A stretch of DNA of 64,000 nt from Octopus vulgaris (GCA_951406725.2 OX597819.1:76074001-76138000), one strand, 5' to 3'; shown: positions 38,193-53,151, counted from the first letter of the stretch. Made by a program: numbers and translations. Notes: a model not told the origin generated them from the sequence alone.

Positions 38193-38420
38193 TCTATTAA
38201 GCTGAAATGCGAAAAAGTTGTTTGATTTCTTGGTTATTTGTCTCATTTTGGGATGGGAACGCTTTAAGGGGCGGTAGATGGGGTCGAATTGGCGCCAAAA
38301 TTTACACTAGGGGTAAAATGGGGTGTGCAGTGGTGTGAGGAGGGTTGCAAGTCCCTCGGGGCTACTGTTTGGTTCCCATCACCAACAAAACCCGAGCGAA
38401 GCATGGGTCAAAATAGCTAG
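38193..38420 (+). mobile_element. Non-autonomous Helitron
   Basis: 5' TC start, subterminal hairpin acccgagcgaagcatgggt and 3' CTAG. Confidence 0.6.
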
Positions 38421-38499
38421 ACATTAAATAATTTTTGATTATTCAATTATTTTTCTGGTATATTCTAATTTCTCGGAATACAAACTCTTTATGTCCCAA

Positions 38500-39159
38500 T
38501 TTAATATTTGAAAAAATAGCCGAGAAGCCGTATTAACACCACCAAGATACTGAAAATATTTATCAATAAGCCATACCACTCCTTGACAATACTGTTAGTA
38601 GAAGAATAGAGGAAATGAGTGAACTTGTTGAAAGGCTGAAATCAAGAAAATTCTCATTACAAATAGATGAATCAACTCTGAGAGCAGCGAGGTCGTATTG
38701 CTAACGACCTCAACATTAGCTTCAAAATTCTTCCAAGGCAAGGACCGCGGGCGATACGTCCCGTACCCAATTCAGGATCACAACACATAAATATACTGCA
38801 ACACAATTTCTTTCCCCCAACAGGCCCTGCCCTATTTAACATTGTCCCAAAAACAGATCAAAGAGGAAAAGGGTCCTGTCACCTTTAAACGAAATCTGGA
38901 CAAATTTTTCAAGGAAAACCAGATAAGCCACCTGTACCTGGATACAACTCATTCAACAAGAACTCCCTACTCGAATGGACTATGATACCACAAATCTTGA
39001 CTTAAAAAGGATTTAGATAACCCTATCAGATGGCCTAGATCAATCTTTGGTCGAAACATATCTAAGCTTTATCAAAGTTTTATGCAAGCTATATACTTAA
39101 AAGTTGAATTTGGTGAAGAAATGATTTTCTTTAAATCATTAGAATCCACCAATATGCCA

Positions 39160-39225
<66 letters not shown>

Positions 39226-40590
39226 CTAAAATATTACTTGGATGTCAACAATATACCAATAGAGAACATAATATTTGGTGCTGCAGATGGTGCTCCTGTT
39301 ATGATGGGCAAGAAAAAAGGCTGCTTAAAATTAATGAAAAACGAGAATCCAGAAACGCTTCTTGTGCACTGTGTTATTCATAGAGAGAACTTAGTATCCA
39401 AAAATGTGTCTCGTGTTCTCAATGAGATACTAAAACCAGTTATAAAATGTATCAGTGCTATCAAAGCTAATGCCAAATGTTAGCATCTTTTCAAGCAGTT
39501 TTGTGAAAATGAAGACTATATGAGACTTTTATCTGACACTGAATTAAGATAGCTCTCAAGGGGAAATTGCTTCAAAAGATTTATGGAACTATTTTATGTT
39601 CTTAGTGACTTTTAAAGTGACAAGCCTTAAATGAAGCGCACCTTCTTACCGTTGATGATAAAATATTTATTACCTTTGGAAAACTGAATATGTTAAATAA
39701 ATAACTTCAAGGATCAAATAAAACTCTTGTTGATGCAAAGACGAAGGTATTTGGTTTTGTTATATTCATTGAGGTATGTCAAAAAATATTTCTGACAAAA
39801 TTTTTGACCAGTTTCATTGGCTAAAAAAATGTGAGGTGACCGATGTTGCTGAACTTGTCATTTTGGATCATCTGAAAATATTGGCCGCTGATTAGAAAGA
39901 AAGGTTTGCTGATTTAAAATAAATTGATTTTCCAAGATGGATGATGCAGCCAATGCTAATAGATATATCTGATGTTTTGATACAATACCAAGAAGAACTC
40001 TCGGAAATGCAAAATTATGGATTAGTTAAAACATTATTCAATATAAAAGGAGTGATATCGTGGCTTTGTGATGAGACAGAAACCAAATACTCAAATTCAA
40101 CCAGCATTGCAAGAAAATTGTTGTTACCGTCCCCATCTTCATATTTAGCTGAATGTGGCTTTAGTGCTGTAAATGATCTGTTATTGAAGAAGAGAAATTG
40201 ACTGGACAACGCTAAACGAGGAAACTTGAAACTAAAACTGACTAAATTGGTGCCTAATATAAAATCTTTCTGTAGCAGGCGTGAAGCACAAGAATCTCAC
40301 TAACTTCAGTTTACTTATTTTATAATAAAATATTTTATAATTCTACCTTTCAGTTCTCTCTCATATGTTTTTGAAACTTTATTTAATTGTCCTTCCTTTT
40401 TTCTTTTTCTCTTTCATGAATGCCATGTTCTTTGGAAGCTTGTTTAGAGACAAAGTTAATTGCCTTTTAAGCTTCCTCCAAGTGTATAGTAGTAAAATTT
40501 TGAATAATTAAAATTAAATATCACAAGGGGGCATTAGGAGTTTAGAAATGATTCGGTGAGGCATAACCAAAAATCGGTTGGGAACCACTG
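38500..40590 (+). mobile_element. Decayed hAT transposon (Buster/Charlie, ZBED8/SCAND3-like transposase) with right TIR
   Basis: IPLLDNTVSRRIEEM..FSLQIDEST; AADGAPVMMG; HCVIHRENL; SSYLAECGFS; terminus ggttgggaaccactg; many stops. Confidence 0.88.
38706..39085 (+). mobile_element. CR1-type LINE 3' fragment nested in the hAT transposase
   Basis: ...HNFFPPTGPALFNIVPK..IKEE...VTFKRNLDKFF...PDKP..PGY; the hAT frame resumes after it. Confidence 0.7.
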
Positions 40591-40913
40591 GGCTAGTGTT
40601 ATATTGACAGTGGGATTGTGAAGTTAGATACGTTAGCATGGTGGATTTAAGAACGTTACAGTTCCAATAATAACATAAAGGAATATGACAAATCCTGAAT
40701 AAAGGAAAGAAAGATTTAACTTGAAAATAGTCGTGAATTTTATGTAGTATGTTTGAAGGGAAATATGTACCTTATTTACAACAGAAACACACTCACACAT
40801 GTCATACGTGAACGTTCACACACACTCACACAAATACGCCATAAATGCACTCAGACACACAGGAATCATAAATACACAAACCCATGGACACATACACATA
40901 CAGACATACACAC

Positions 40914-40957
<44 letters not shown>

Positions 40958-42403
40958 GTGTGTATGTTTGTATGTGTATGTGTCTATGGAGAAACACACA
41001 TATGCACATAATACACGTACTAATACGTTGCACAATACATTCCTGGGTTGCTAATAAGTAGTGTGAATGTACAAAGAACGTTATCCAAAATAAATACTAA
41101 TTTTCATTCTAGGTTTTGCCGGTGGAAAAACATAATATATTGCTTGAAAATGCAACTGAAAAAACATAAAAAAGAAAACAAAACAGATAAACTCAGTGAA
41201 GAATGACAATATCTAGAAGTGTGGCTGTGTGTTTAGACGTTTACTTTTCAACTACATGGTTTTCACTTCGATCTCATCGCGCGCCACCTTTAGAAAGTAT
41301 CGTCTACCATGGCCGGAGGTCGCCGAAGAATTTACTTCACAGAAAAAAAGGTGTGGAAGCTCCTATTAGGTATCATTCTTATTAATATGTAGTAGATATG
41401 CTCTGTCGACAACTTTATCGCCCCCGCTTTGTAGCAAGCATTCAGCCGCTTTGCTGCTCCGTGCATATCTTCTTCTCTTCCACCCTCTTATTTCTGAAGC
41501 TCTGGAAAATATTCTTCCAACTAAAGAAGTGAAAATTTATTATATCGACAGTGGAAAATCGACATTTTTCCTCATCTGTATTAGCGTCAATGGTTAGCAA
41601 CGACGAGTTAAAGTTAGGACCAGTCAGTAAACAGTCATATATTCTTTAGTTCTGATAAATAATCAAGGATAGAATAGAAATTGAATTCCTATCCAAATAT
41701 ATTCATATAGAACTGCATATAATATAAAATTTTATGTAAATATTTAATATTCAAAGCTTTGAATGGTCGGAACATTTTCGTAAGTATGTATATCCGGGTT
41801 TCTAAAATTTCGGTTTTCAATGCACAAATGATTCTTTTCATTCGTTTCAAAATAAAACAACAAAAAGCTTTATTCCGATTTTCTGGCAGAACAAAATTGG
41901 TAGTAATCACTGAAACCATAAACAATCGCAAAGCAAAGTTATCAAACACTGTAAACACACATGGATTGTATATATTTAGTGGTGATGAAACAAACACGAA
42001 TCATGCAAACTCTGTTTAACCGAAGTGCTTCACATTACTCGATTCTTTAAACACGAGGCTCTGTCTTACGTAATCTGATATTTGAAAGCGTTTATTGAAA
42101 AATTCAATGTAGATCAGTGAATTACATTACATACCCTAGTATTGCGAAAGAATGGAATATTAGAAGAGAAGAAGGAGCCAAAGTGAAATCAAAATTCTAT
42201 TGATATCTGTGAGTAGCAAATATAAAAAGAGAAAAAACATTTCGAACTTCTACTGAATCTTTTTATACATTGCTTAATCAACTTATCATACATTAAGTGC
42301 CATTACTATAACTTGCATTCTCTGGTGGTTCCATTACCGTTGTCTTCATTACTGTATTTGAAACCCCGCGGCATTCGTTATCGTATTGCTCTATACATAC
42401 ATA

Positions 42404-42560
<157 letters not shown>

Positions 42561-43094
42561 ATGAATATATATGTGTGTGTGCATGCATTTTTGTGTGTGT
42601 ACATATATAAACACTGATGTCCTTTTTGAAAGCGTTCGGAACGAGAATTGATCTAAGAGGGTACCTTAACACAACTAATATAATTGCATCTTGGAAAAGT
42701 CATATCAACCATTTCAAATGGGGATATAAACATAAAAAATATATATATTTCCTTTTTTTGTTGTTGTTTATTCCATTAGTGAGATCGATAAGGAATATAA
42801 ACGGCAAACTTACGTGCCCATAACCTTCCGAATTAAGAGATAAGTAATGCTATATATTCAATTCAATCAATAACACATCACCAGCCTTGTTACAAGTCGG
42901 GAGATCACGACACGTAAATGTTTTGAGGTTTGAAAATGTTAAAAAGGTCGTGGGAAAGGACGAATCATTGTAGTACTCTATTTCCAAAATTGCAAATCCT
43001 GGCTGCCTTTTTACTACGCGGGTTGGCGATCTGAGATTGTTAGCCAGCATTTTTCTTGTTTTCCAGTGATTTGTGTTGCTTTTTGTATATTAAC

Positions 43095-43228
43095 TAGCAC
43101 TCCGTCAGTAAAATCGGCAAATGTTCCGGTTGATCCGATCTGTGGAAAAGCCTACTCGTGGGCTGAACACAGCACAGACACGCATAACCTTAAGCGTAGT
43201 TCTCATGGAGATTCAGCGTGACACACAT
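43095..43228. mobile_element. Interspersed repeat (SINE-like), second copy at 46042-46180
   Basis: Shared blocks gca(c/t)tccgtc, gctga.cac, gagattcag(cg)tgacaca. Confidence 0.55.
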
Positions 43229-43302
43229 GACGTAATATACATGACATCTAGCGTTTCTGGATGACTTATAACTACTAAAAATTGCAGAAGACTTCGCCGG
43301 TC

Positions 43303-43379
43303 GGCAGGTTGGGTTAAAGGGTAGAGCACTGCAGCCTGATATTGGAGGGGTGTGAGTTCGATACTCATGGCTGGCTGCC
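43303..43379 (+). pseudogene. tRNA-like sequence (pseudogene or SINE head)
   Basis: ggcag...ctgcc closing stem; D-loop-like gggtagagc; T arm gtgag-TTCGATA-ctcat; imperfect anticodon arm; T-run 8 nt downstream. Confidence 0.45.
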
Positions 43380-43469
43380 GGGAAAATTTTTCTGGTCTTA
43401 AAAAGATTTTATCCCTATTAGATACTGTTCTGTATTTATATGTTGAAAAAATATATCTTTCTATTTTTT

Positions 43470-43578
<109 letters not shown>

Positions 43579-43619
43579 ATATATGTGTGTGTGTATTTAT
43601 GTGTCACTATTTGTCTCTT

Positions 43620-43763
43620 CATAATCGCAAGACAACCAGTGTTGGTGTGTTTATGTGCGCTTGATCTAGCGGTTCGGCAAAAATATTGATAGAATAAGTA
43701 CTAGGCTTAAAAATATGTCCTGGAGTCGATTTGTTCGCCTAAAATCCTCCAAGGCGGGGCTCC
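43620..43763 (+). mobile_element. SINE family B 3' part
   Basis: gacaaccagtgttggtgtgttta...agcggttcggcaa...gatagaataagtactaggc. Confidence 0.75.
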
Positions 43764-43797
43764 ACAGACAGACAGACAGGCAGACAGGCAGACAGGC

Positions 43798-43857
<60 letters not shown>

Positions 43858-46041
43858 GACTCCCTAAGGCTATTCATATATAAACTAAAGGCATTCGGGA
43901 AGCAAATACACTGACTACATTGTGTTCACATATTTTAGAAATCTTTTTAAGTGTAGGTTCTGACGTTTGTTCATTCAAATTGCGTTTACCTACCAAAAAG
44001 TTAGAATTAATAGACAAATATGCATAATAAAATGAACAAACCACAAGATTCTAGCAATAACTCAAACAAAGAATCTGAAATTCTCACCAAAAAATAATGG
44101 ATTTTGCTAATGCGTATTCGATAATTCTTACTAAGCAGATGAAAAAAGACATTTGTAGGAATATTCTGTAAATATTATAAAAATGCAGTAGTACAAGAGA
44201 TATATTGCCAACAATGTCTACATTATTTATATATATATATACCGTAGACATTGGTGGCAATATAACTCTTTCGCCTATATGTATATGTGTATATGTGTGT
44301 ATGTGTATATATATATATGTATGTATGTATGTATATAAATATATAAATTTGTGTATGTGTGCATGTGAATATATGTATACTGTATATGTATGAATGTAAA
44401 CGTAGTTTAACGAAATAAGGTGGATAAAATGCATAGAAATTAAAAATGGAGAAGCACGTGGAACCAAGCAGGCTGTAACTTAATGAGAGAAGTACAATGA
44501 AAGAGAAATACAGATAGAAATAAACAGAGACAAACAGATAGAGAGAGAGAGATACAGCGAACGAGAGAGTGAGGGGGAGAAGAGAGAGAGCGAGAAAGGA
44601 CAGAGAAAAAGAGAGAAACAAGAGTTGAGAGTACAATGACCAATAAATGATTTGAGTGAAGATCATGCGTGATCTCTGCGAGCTGAATCACCTTTCTGTG
44701 CATCCATCCGGCCAACTTCCGTTCCGAGCATTCGATAATAACCGTTTTGATGTTCTTGTGTGGACCCATTATCAGTGTGTTATAACACAAATACCATTCA
44801 TTAACAATAGGTAATTGTAGCCTTGGTCTTACACTGAAAGAACACACAGATAAAGGTTTTCTCAAGCTCTCTGTAATAGTGCTGTTGGCTGTAGTTAATT
44901 GTTTATCTCTAGCTCAGCTCTGCTCGAGCTGACCTATGATCGGAAACATTTCAGTTATAACATGCCGTCTTTTTTTCTTTCCTGTTTTCATTGAGGTAGT
45001 GTATTTATAGTGATAATTATGGCAGAGTCGTTATGGATTTGGATGAAATAAAAATGCCTTGCCTTAATTTTTTTTCTTCTGTGTTTTTATTCGCGATGTA
45101 AGTTCAAATACCACAGAACTCAACATTGTTCTCTGAAATTGTTGAGTATGCAAACCGATTTGTTGGGATTGGTCAAATTGATAGAGACACGTCTGATTAG
45201 AATCCAATAGGGTCCTGAAATCAATTAGGGCTGTTCATCATTATTTCAATCTACGGAGAAATAACAAAATGAGCTATCTCTGTATATCTACTATATAGGT
45301 GACATATTATACCAAACCTTGATACTATATGGACTAATATCCCCGTTGATAGCCACCTGATATTAATGTGTTGATGCTTACGGCATGCAAATTTCTAGCT
45401 CCAATTCTTTGTAGCTACTGCAATTGTCTGCTTATGTCTCTGAGATTTGTGAAATTGATGCAGAAACATTTGGAAAGAACATAATAAAGTTTGGAAATCG
45501 ATTAAGTCTTCATCATTTTTTTTTCAATCTACAGAAAAATAGTTAAGTTAAACCTGCTTATATATTTACTACGTCAGTAGTAAATATATAAACACATACA
45601 CACACACATGTATATATCTTGCGTATTCTTTTACATGTGAAACTTGCTACTGTTGAGATTAGAGCCCCACGTAGATTATTTTCATCCAGTCTCTTTGAAT
45701 TGTATTTAGGATACCACTATAATTAGTAATATTACTCATATCGGTATACATATCAAAAATAGGATAAATTATGATAAACATCTGTTGATATCATGTGTTC
45801 TGTATGTAAACTTCATCCTTGTGTTTGTTTGGAATCACAATATTGGAGATTCCGAGTGCAATAGAATGTTTGGCCACAAGGAAGAGCATCAATGGAACAC
45901 TTTACTGCATTATGTTACTGAGATGTCTGTAGTAATTAAGTGTGGAAATCCTATGCTTTGGCTCCAAGCAATCACAAGATTGAAATGGAGATAGGGAAGA
46001 CATGACAGCAGCTGGTGTTTATCATGATTTCTCGTATATAT

Positions 46042-46180
46042 AAGCATTCCGTCGGTTACGACTATGAGGGCTCCAGCTTGCTTGTGAAATTAACGTGCGA
46101 GTGGCTGAGCACTCCATAAAAACGTGGAGAGATTCAGTGACACAGAATGTGACAAGGCTGGCCCTTTGAAATACAGGCAC
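46042..46180. mobile_element. Interspersed repeat related to 43095-43228
   Basis: Shared sequence blocks. Confidence 0.55.
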
Positions 46181-46214
46181 AAAATACATTCATATATGCA
46201 CATATTCACACATC

Positions 46215-46330
<116 letters not shown>

Positions 46331-47097
46331 TATATGCAATAGAACCAGTATTTGATTAACATATATAGTGTAGTAAACCGTGTATTTTACTGAATGTAAA
46401 TACATCAGGAAAATGCAAATTTACTGCGGCATTGGCCCGGTGATAATATCGCGCTGTTTCTAAGAACATACTATATTGGCAGCAGTCGAAAATGTTCCAG
46501 CTGTGGTTGGGGAGAATCATGGATATGCATTTTTGCCTCGTTGAGCGTTGTCAGTACACGTATTCACTGCCAGTACAGTTTGTTTTTAAAAAACAGCGTG
46601 ATATTATTTCCAGTTGAAAACAGCAGTAAATGTTGCCCTTTTGAGTTGTATATATAGCTCTGGGTCAAACCTGATCCAGTAAGTCTGTCGCTATCTTTTC
46701 AGGTGTATCGACAGCTGTCATTCCCTTTACTGCATGATTTGAAGCATATTGCAAGGTATTCCTAGCAAATCTAGCAGCCGTGAAGTGGCTCCCTCGTTGG
46801 GTCATTGAAGTAGATGCTAATAAGAGACACTGTCTATCTGAATGTTACTTGTGACAAATGTTCTTATTATATAGATAGTTTATTCATCGAAATTATTTAT
46901 GTTGTTCTTGCTATGGTGATTGGATATTGACTGAACAAGTTTTGGCTGCATTGAACATCTTAGTGGTAATGTGATTTCGCAGTGGCGACAGAGATAGTGG
47001 TGTTAACAGTACTTTCATCTTTTTGTTCCAGTCATTCGATTGCAGCTATGATCGGGAACCGCCTTGCAGCTGTTTTAGTCGAACGAGGCAACACAAG

Positions 47098-47629
47098 TAT
47101 TGGGTTGTCTGGAAAGTTCGTGCCGATTTTTAAAGGAAAGAAAAAGGTCAATAAATACTTGCCATTACATTTTTAATTAACCAGATGCACAATGCATCTC
47201 CATATTTCTTTTAACTTGAAAATATCCTCTTGAGGTGGTTTCGTGGCAATGGATTCATCAAGGTATCTTTTTACGTCATCCAAGGAATTGAAATTTTTAT
47301 CATTAAGACTATTCTTCAGAGACCTGAATAAGTGGAAATCCGAAGGAGTAATATCTGGTGAATATTGAGGGTGAGGCAACACATCCCAGCCGAGCTGCAG
47401 CAATTTTTGTCTGTTTCCCAAAGCAGCAAGTGCCGAAAATGAACTTTCTTATCTTCCATTTTAAAGGGTTACAGAATTAGCACAGGAAATAGGAACATAC
47501 ACCTTCTTCCACGAAAAGATATCTTAAACTGTGCTCTAAATGGAGGTGTAATCAAATCCTATTTTATAGACTCAACCATGTTCTAAAATAAGTCGAAAGT
47601 TAAGCTACTATAAATCGGACAAGCCAATA
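47098..47629 (-). mobile_element. Internally deleted mariner element with TIR remnants
   Basis: Left end tattgggttgtctggaaagttcgtgccgattt; right end aaatcgg-acaagccaata; RQKLLQLGWDVLPHPQYSPDITPSDFHLF. Confidence 0.88.
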
Positions 47630-47734
47630 TTTATTTTTCAAGTGCGTTACATGGGGCGTAATCAAATCAATACTGGTTGTCACGGGGTGGTGTTCACTCC
47701 CAATCCACTCACACACACGCACACACTTATACAA

Positions 47735-47887
47735 TTAGCTTCTATCAATTTCCGTCTAACAAGTCCACTTACAAGGTCTGTTCGAAGCTTTAGTAGACGA
47801 CACTTGCCCAAGGTGCCAGGCAGTGGGACAGAAGCGGTAACCATATGGTTGGGAAGCAAACTTCTTACCACATAACCACACCTGCGC
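47735..47887 (-). mobile_element. SINE family B 5' part
   Basis: Reverse complement of gtggttatgtggtaagaagtttgcttcccaacc...ccttgggcaagtgtc. Confidence 0.8.
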
Positions 47888-48124
47888 CTAGTTTGTACTC
47901 TAATTTCATCTTATTTTACTTTGTAGCGGTTGCAACAATAGTAAGAGTTTCGATAAATGTTGTAGGGGCTGAGGAAGAAGATATGAATAATGACGATAAT
48001 GATGAGGATATTGGTAAACTTGATGGAATCATTGTAGGGGTTAATGTAAATAGGATTCCTATCTCTGGAATAACATTTCCATTGTTGTTGTTGGTGAGAG
48101 GAAACATTCGATTATACGCTTTTC

Positions 48125-48684
48125 TATTCTAGGCACAATGCCCGGAATTTTGGGGGAAGAGGCCAGTCGATTAGATCGACACCAGTACGCAACTGGTATT
48201 TAATTCATCGACCTCGAAAGGATGAAAGGCAAAGTAGAGCTCGGCGGAATTTGAACTCAGAACGTAACGGCAGACGAAATACCCATTTCTTTACTACCCA
48301 CAAGGGGCTAAACACAGAGAGGACAAACAAGGACAGACAAACGGATCAAGTCGATTATATTGACCCCAGTGCGCAACTTGTACTTAATTTATCGATCTCG
48401 AAAGGATGAAAAGCAAAGTCGACCTCGGCGGAATTTGAACTCAGAACGTAAAAACACACGAAATACCTATTTCTTTACTATCCACATGGGGCAAAACACA
48501 GACGGGACAAACAAGGACAGACAAATGGATCGACCCCAGTGCGTAACTTGTACTTAATTTATCGATCCCGAAAGGATGAATGGCAATGTCGACCTCGGTT
48601 GAATTTGAACTCAGAACGTAACGGCAGACGAAATACGGTTACGCATTTTGCCCGGCGTGTTAACGTTTCTGCCAGCTCGCCGCC
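48125..48684 (-). mobile_element. SINE family A trimer (one head plus three body units)
   Basis: Head ggcggcgagctggcagaaacgtta; three repeats of gttctgagttcaaattc..ccgag...cctttc..ggtcgat..attaa.tac. Confidence 0.9.
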
Positions 48685-48715
48685 ATGAAACAGTCGATTA
48701 TATTCATTCAGTAAC

Positions 48716-49235
48716 GTGGCGGACTGGCATAATCGTTAGTCGCCCTGCCAATATGCTTAGCGACATTTTGTCAACTTTTATGTTCTGAGTTCAAATCCCG
48801 ACGATGTCAACTTTGCCTTTCACCCTTTCAGGGATCGTGTCGATGAAATAAGTAACAGTTAAGCACTATCATCGATATACTTGGCTAGTCGTATTCCCAA
48901 ACATTTCAGGCCTTCGACCTATCGTAGAAAGGATTATATTAACACAGGAACTAATTGCTACTTTATTTTATCAACCTCATCAAATTGATCGACGAAATTG
49001 ATCTTCACTAGATCTGAACTGAGGACGTAACTGAATAATGCACACTATCATAGCTGACGCTCTACCATTTGTGACAGTTACTTCATAATATTAAAAGTAA
49101 TGACTGTGGCAAAATGCCAAATTAGCAGAATTGTTAGAGCATGGGATTGGATGCCTTGTGGTAATTGTTTCTGTTTCCTGCACTTTGATTTCGAATTCCG
49201 CTGAGGTCATCGCTGTCTTTCATTTTTCTGGAGTT
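48716..49235. mobile_element. Cluster of three more family-A SINE copies (+, -, +)
   Basis: 48716-48935 (+), ~48950-49080 (-) and ~49118-49235 (+) match the family-A head and core. Confidence 0.7.
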
Positions 49236-49341
49236 GAGAACTCGATTCATGTCTATCGAAACCTGCTACGCTACGCTGCTATAAGACTCATGTATGAATA
49301 TTGACAACGTCTTTGTGTGGGTGTATATATATATATATATA

Positions 49342-49415
<74 letters not shown>

Positions 49416-49868
49416 TATGACTGAATGAGTGTATGTCTGTGTCTTAGATACAGAATTTTGTGAGTGTGCACGTGAGAAGATTAAATGAATATATGATAAA
49501 TTTGTTTCACATCAATTTGCGAGTATTTTCGCTTTGTTGGTAAATATTAAAGCTGATTTATCAAAAACAGTATCTTTCTATTTCAGGCATTTTAAGTGAC
49601 AACTATTCGTTTATCTCAAATAGATACTTTGATCTTCACAGAAACAACATAGAGGAATGTGCAGTATTTAATAATAAAATTAAAGCAACAGTCTAAGCTA
49701 TGTTTTTAGGTCCAAACTGTGCCAAATTCAGTGAGGAGATACATATTACACAGGGTGGTATAGATATAGTCAACATTGGAATAAATTGCCGCTTTGAGTT
49801 ATACAGAAACTACCAATTGAAGTATATAGAAAAAAGCACTCTGTGAATTGAGAGCATCATATTAAAAA

Positions 49869-49960
49869 CATTGAACTACATTATACAAATATACATACAT
49901 ATATACATACAACATATTTGTGTATATATATATATATATATATATTATATGTTTGTATGT

Positions 49961-50045
<85 letters not shown>

Positions 50046-50216
50046 TTATATACATATATATATATATAAATATAGACGCACACGCACGTATGTATTTATA
50101 TAGACTTTTCTACTGCAGTTCATCACAGTACATATATCTATATATCAAAGACAATATTTCCTTGAACTACATTATATAAATATATATATATATGTATATA
50201 TACATATATATGTATG

Positions 50217-50258
<42 letters not shown>

Positions 50259-50375
50259 CGCACACGCAGGTATGTATTTATATATACCATTGTACTGCAG
50301 TTTATCACAGTACGTATATCTATATAGCAAACACAATATTTCATTGAACTACATTATATAAATATATATACATAT

Positions 50376-50463
<88 letters not shown>

Positions 50464-50780
50464 GTTTATGTGTGTGTGTGAGTGTATGTGTATGTGTATA
50501 CATATATGTATACACACATGTGTGTATTTATATACACTGTTCTACTGCACTCTAACTATCACAGCATATATATCTGTATATCAAACACAATATTTCATTG
50601 AACTACATTATATAAATATACATACATATATACGTACAATATATGTATATATGTGTGTGTGTGTCTGTGTGCGCGCGCGTGTGTGTGTATACATATATGT
50701 ATACACACACGTATGTATTCTATTCTACTGTAGTCTATCTATTACAGCACATATATCTGTATATCGAACACAATATTTTA
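49869..50780. repeat. Four-unit tandem repeat with variable internal (TA)n/(TG)n tracts
   Basis: ttgaactacattata..aaatata recurs at ~49871, 50162, 50344 and 50599, each followed by tactgca...atcacag.acatatatct.tatatc.aa.acaatatttc. Confidence 0.85.
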
Positions 50781-51314
50781 ATATATCGCTAAACGAGAAA
50801 AATATCTGAGAGCCTGTCAAAGTAAAGGTCTGTATTTATTTAATCTGTTTTCTATAAAACGTTTTTCATCACCAATACTTCCATCACACTACCACTGCCA
50901 ACCCTTCACCACCATGTATGTATTGCCAAGAATATGAAATTGGTTCACAAAAAGATGTAGCAAAATACACTGGCCACTTTGCAAGACGCTTTACCGACGC
51001 TGCCATACACTGCCATCTTGGGTCCATGAAATGCGTATACGTGGCAGCATGGCATGCTAGAAATAGCATTCAAATATCTTTCTAACCACATCAGTACCGG
51101 TCTTAACAAATAAGAGATATATTTTTTTGACAATAAACGATTCGATATATGATAAAAGACTCGCCGAAGGGCTAAACAAAATGAAATAAAAGATGCCCCC
51201 CCCCCACCAAAAAAACCCCACCTAAACTTCCTTACACATCTTGTTTCTATCTCTTCATCTGCTTCCCTATTTTTCTTTCTCTATCTCTTCCTCCTCCTTC
51301 TCTCTCTCTCTCTA

Positions 51315-51315
<1 letters not shown>

Positions 51316-51374
<59 letters not shown>

Positions 51375-51839
51375 CATGTAATATGAGAGACAAAACCGCA
51401 GCACTGTTGTACTGCTAACAATACAAGTCTTAATAACACAACCGCCACCATCACAACCGCAACCGAAACCATCGCTACCACCACCGTGACCACAACCACC
51501 AATACCGCCATGACCACAACTCCTCCGCCGCCACTATTACTAACCACAGTGGATCAACAGTAACCACACAAGTGTATATTGTAAACAAAAGGTAAAGACA
51601 AGAAAAATAGAAATCGTAAAACCAAAAGAAAACGTAAACAAAGAAACAAACAAAATGCAGAACCAAGGACAATGTTGGAATGGAGGAAAACATCGCTGTC
51701 AATAGAATGAAGAACAGTAACAAACTGTAATTATTAATGGCTGCTTTTCTAAATTTGTTTACTGGACGAGTGATTCGAAGAAAACAAGCTTTGCCAAGTA
51801 TAGCTTTGCCAATAATACCCACCTAGCCTCCTCCTCCTG

Positions 51840-51923
<84 letters not shown>

Positions 51924-52015
51924 CTGCTGCTGCTACTGCTGCTGCTGCCCCTCCTGCCCCCCTGTTCCACCTGCTCCCTACTCCTCCTCCTCCTCATCAT
52001 CATCAATATCATCAC

Positions 52016-52056
<41 letters not shown>

Positions 52057-52870
52057 CCGTCATCATCATCATCATCGTCATCTTCATTGTCCTCTTTCGC
52101 TTTGTCCTCCTCCACGTCGTCATCGTCATTATCAACATCCCTGTTGTCGACCTCGCCGTCGGTGGTCGTCTTCCACAGCACTACCATAAGCACCACCATT
52201 GCCAACGATATCCTAATCTTTATGTTAATCATATATACGGTCCGCATCGGCATTGTGGCTAACACCATTGCCATAGTCATTGACACCGTCACCGTCGTCA
52301 TCGTTGTCGTCTCCCTCCCTCCTCCTCCTAGTCACCATCACCATCATAACCACTACACCCTTCGCAATTACCATCTGCATTACCAGTACCAGCACCAGCA
52401 CCAGCTCTATGACCACCACCATGACCACGACTACAACGACGACGACGACGACCACGAACACGACCACGACCACGAACACGACCACGACCACCCTTCTCTT
52501 CTTCCACATCTTGGTCCTCATCAACATCATCATTGTTGTCGTCGTCGTCGTTGCCCTCTTCATTATCATCTTCATCATCGTTGTCGTTGTCAGTCATCTT
52601 CCTCATTAGTATCAGCGATCCTGCCATAACAATCCCTACTTGCGTCACCACAAGAACCAAAACAACTACAACAATAAAAACAATAACAACAACAACAACA
52701 GCAGCAACAATAACTGGAAAAATGAGACAGTTACAATGTCAATGCAAGTAAAGAAGGATAGTATCGAGAAGAAACAGCAGCATTCAGGAAAACGGTAGTG
52801 ACAGTAGCGGCTACGCTGTAGTGCTAGTAGGAACAGCAATGACAACTAAAACAACAACAACAAACGCAAA
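51316..52870. repeat. Low-complexity region of mixed trinucleotide repeats (CTA, CTG, CTC, CAT, GAC, CAA)
   Basis: Direct reading. Confidence 0.9.
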
Positions 52871-53151
52871 TTCTCGTCATTCCCAACAACAACAAAAACA
52901 GCGGTCGCGACGGTGCCAATAATACATATATCATGTAATCCAAGCACGGACATTGTTGGATTATTCTTTTCTTTGACTTCCACATCGATATCCAAATTTA
53001 GAAAACACAGTTTCTTATTTTCTCTTTCGACAATTCAAAGAACATGGGAGGTCAGAAAAATATTCACGAGGTAATATATTGTTTTCCTGTTGCTCTGTCA
53101 GACTATCTACATTACTTTCTTATCTCACACATCACACACGCATCACTCACT

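Noticed and set aside
44640-44870. Complex-sequence island that could be an exon
   Set aside because: No recognisable protein motif in any frame; splice sites are not compelling.
49869-50780. CRISPR-like repeat-spacer appearance
   Set aside because: Eukaryotic context, spacers are microsatellites of irregular length, and no cas genes are present.
51749-52751. His/Asp/Ser/Thr-rich overlapping ORFs
   Set aside because: Trinucleotide low-complexity DNA is open in many frames; there is no domain or splice evidence.
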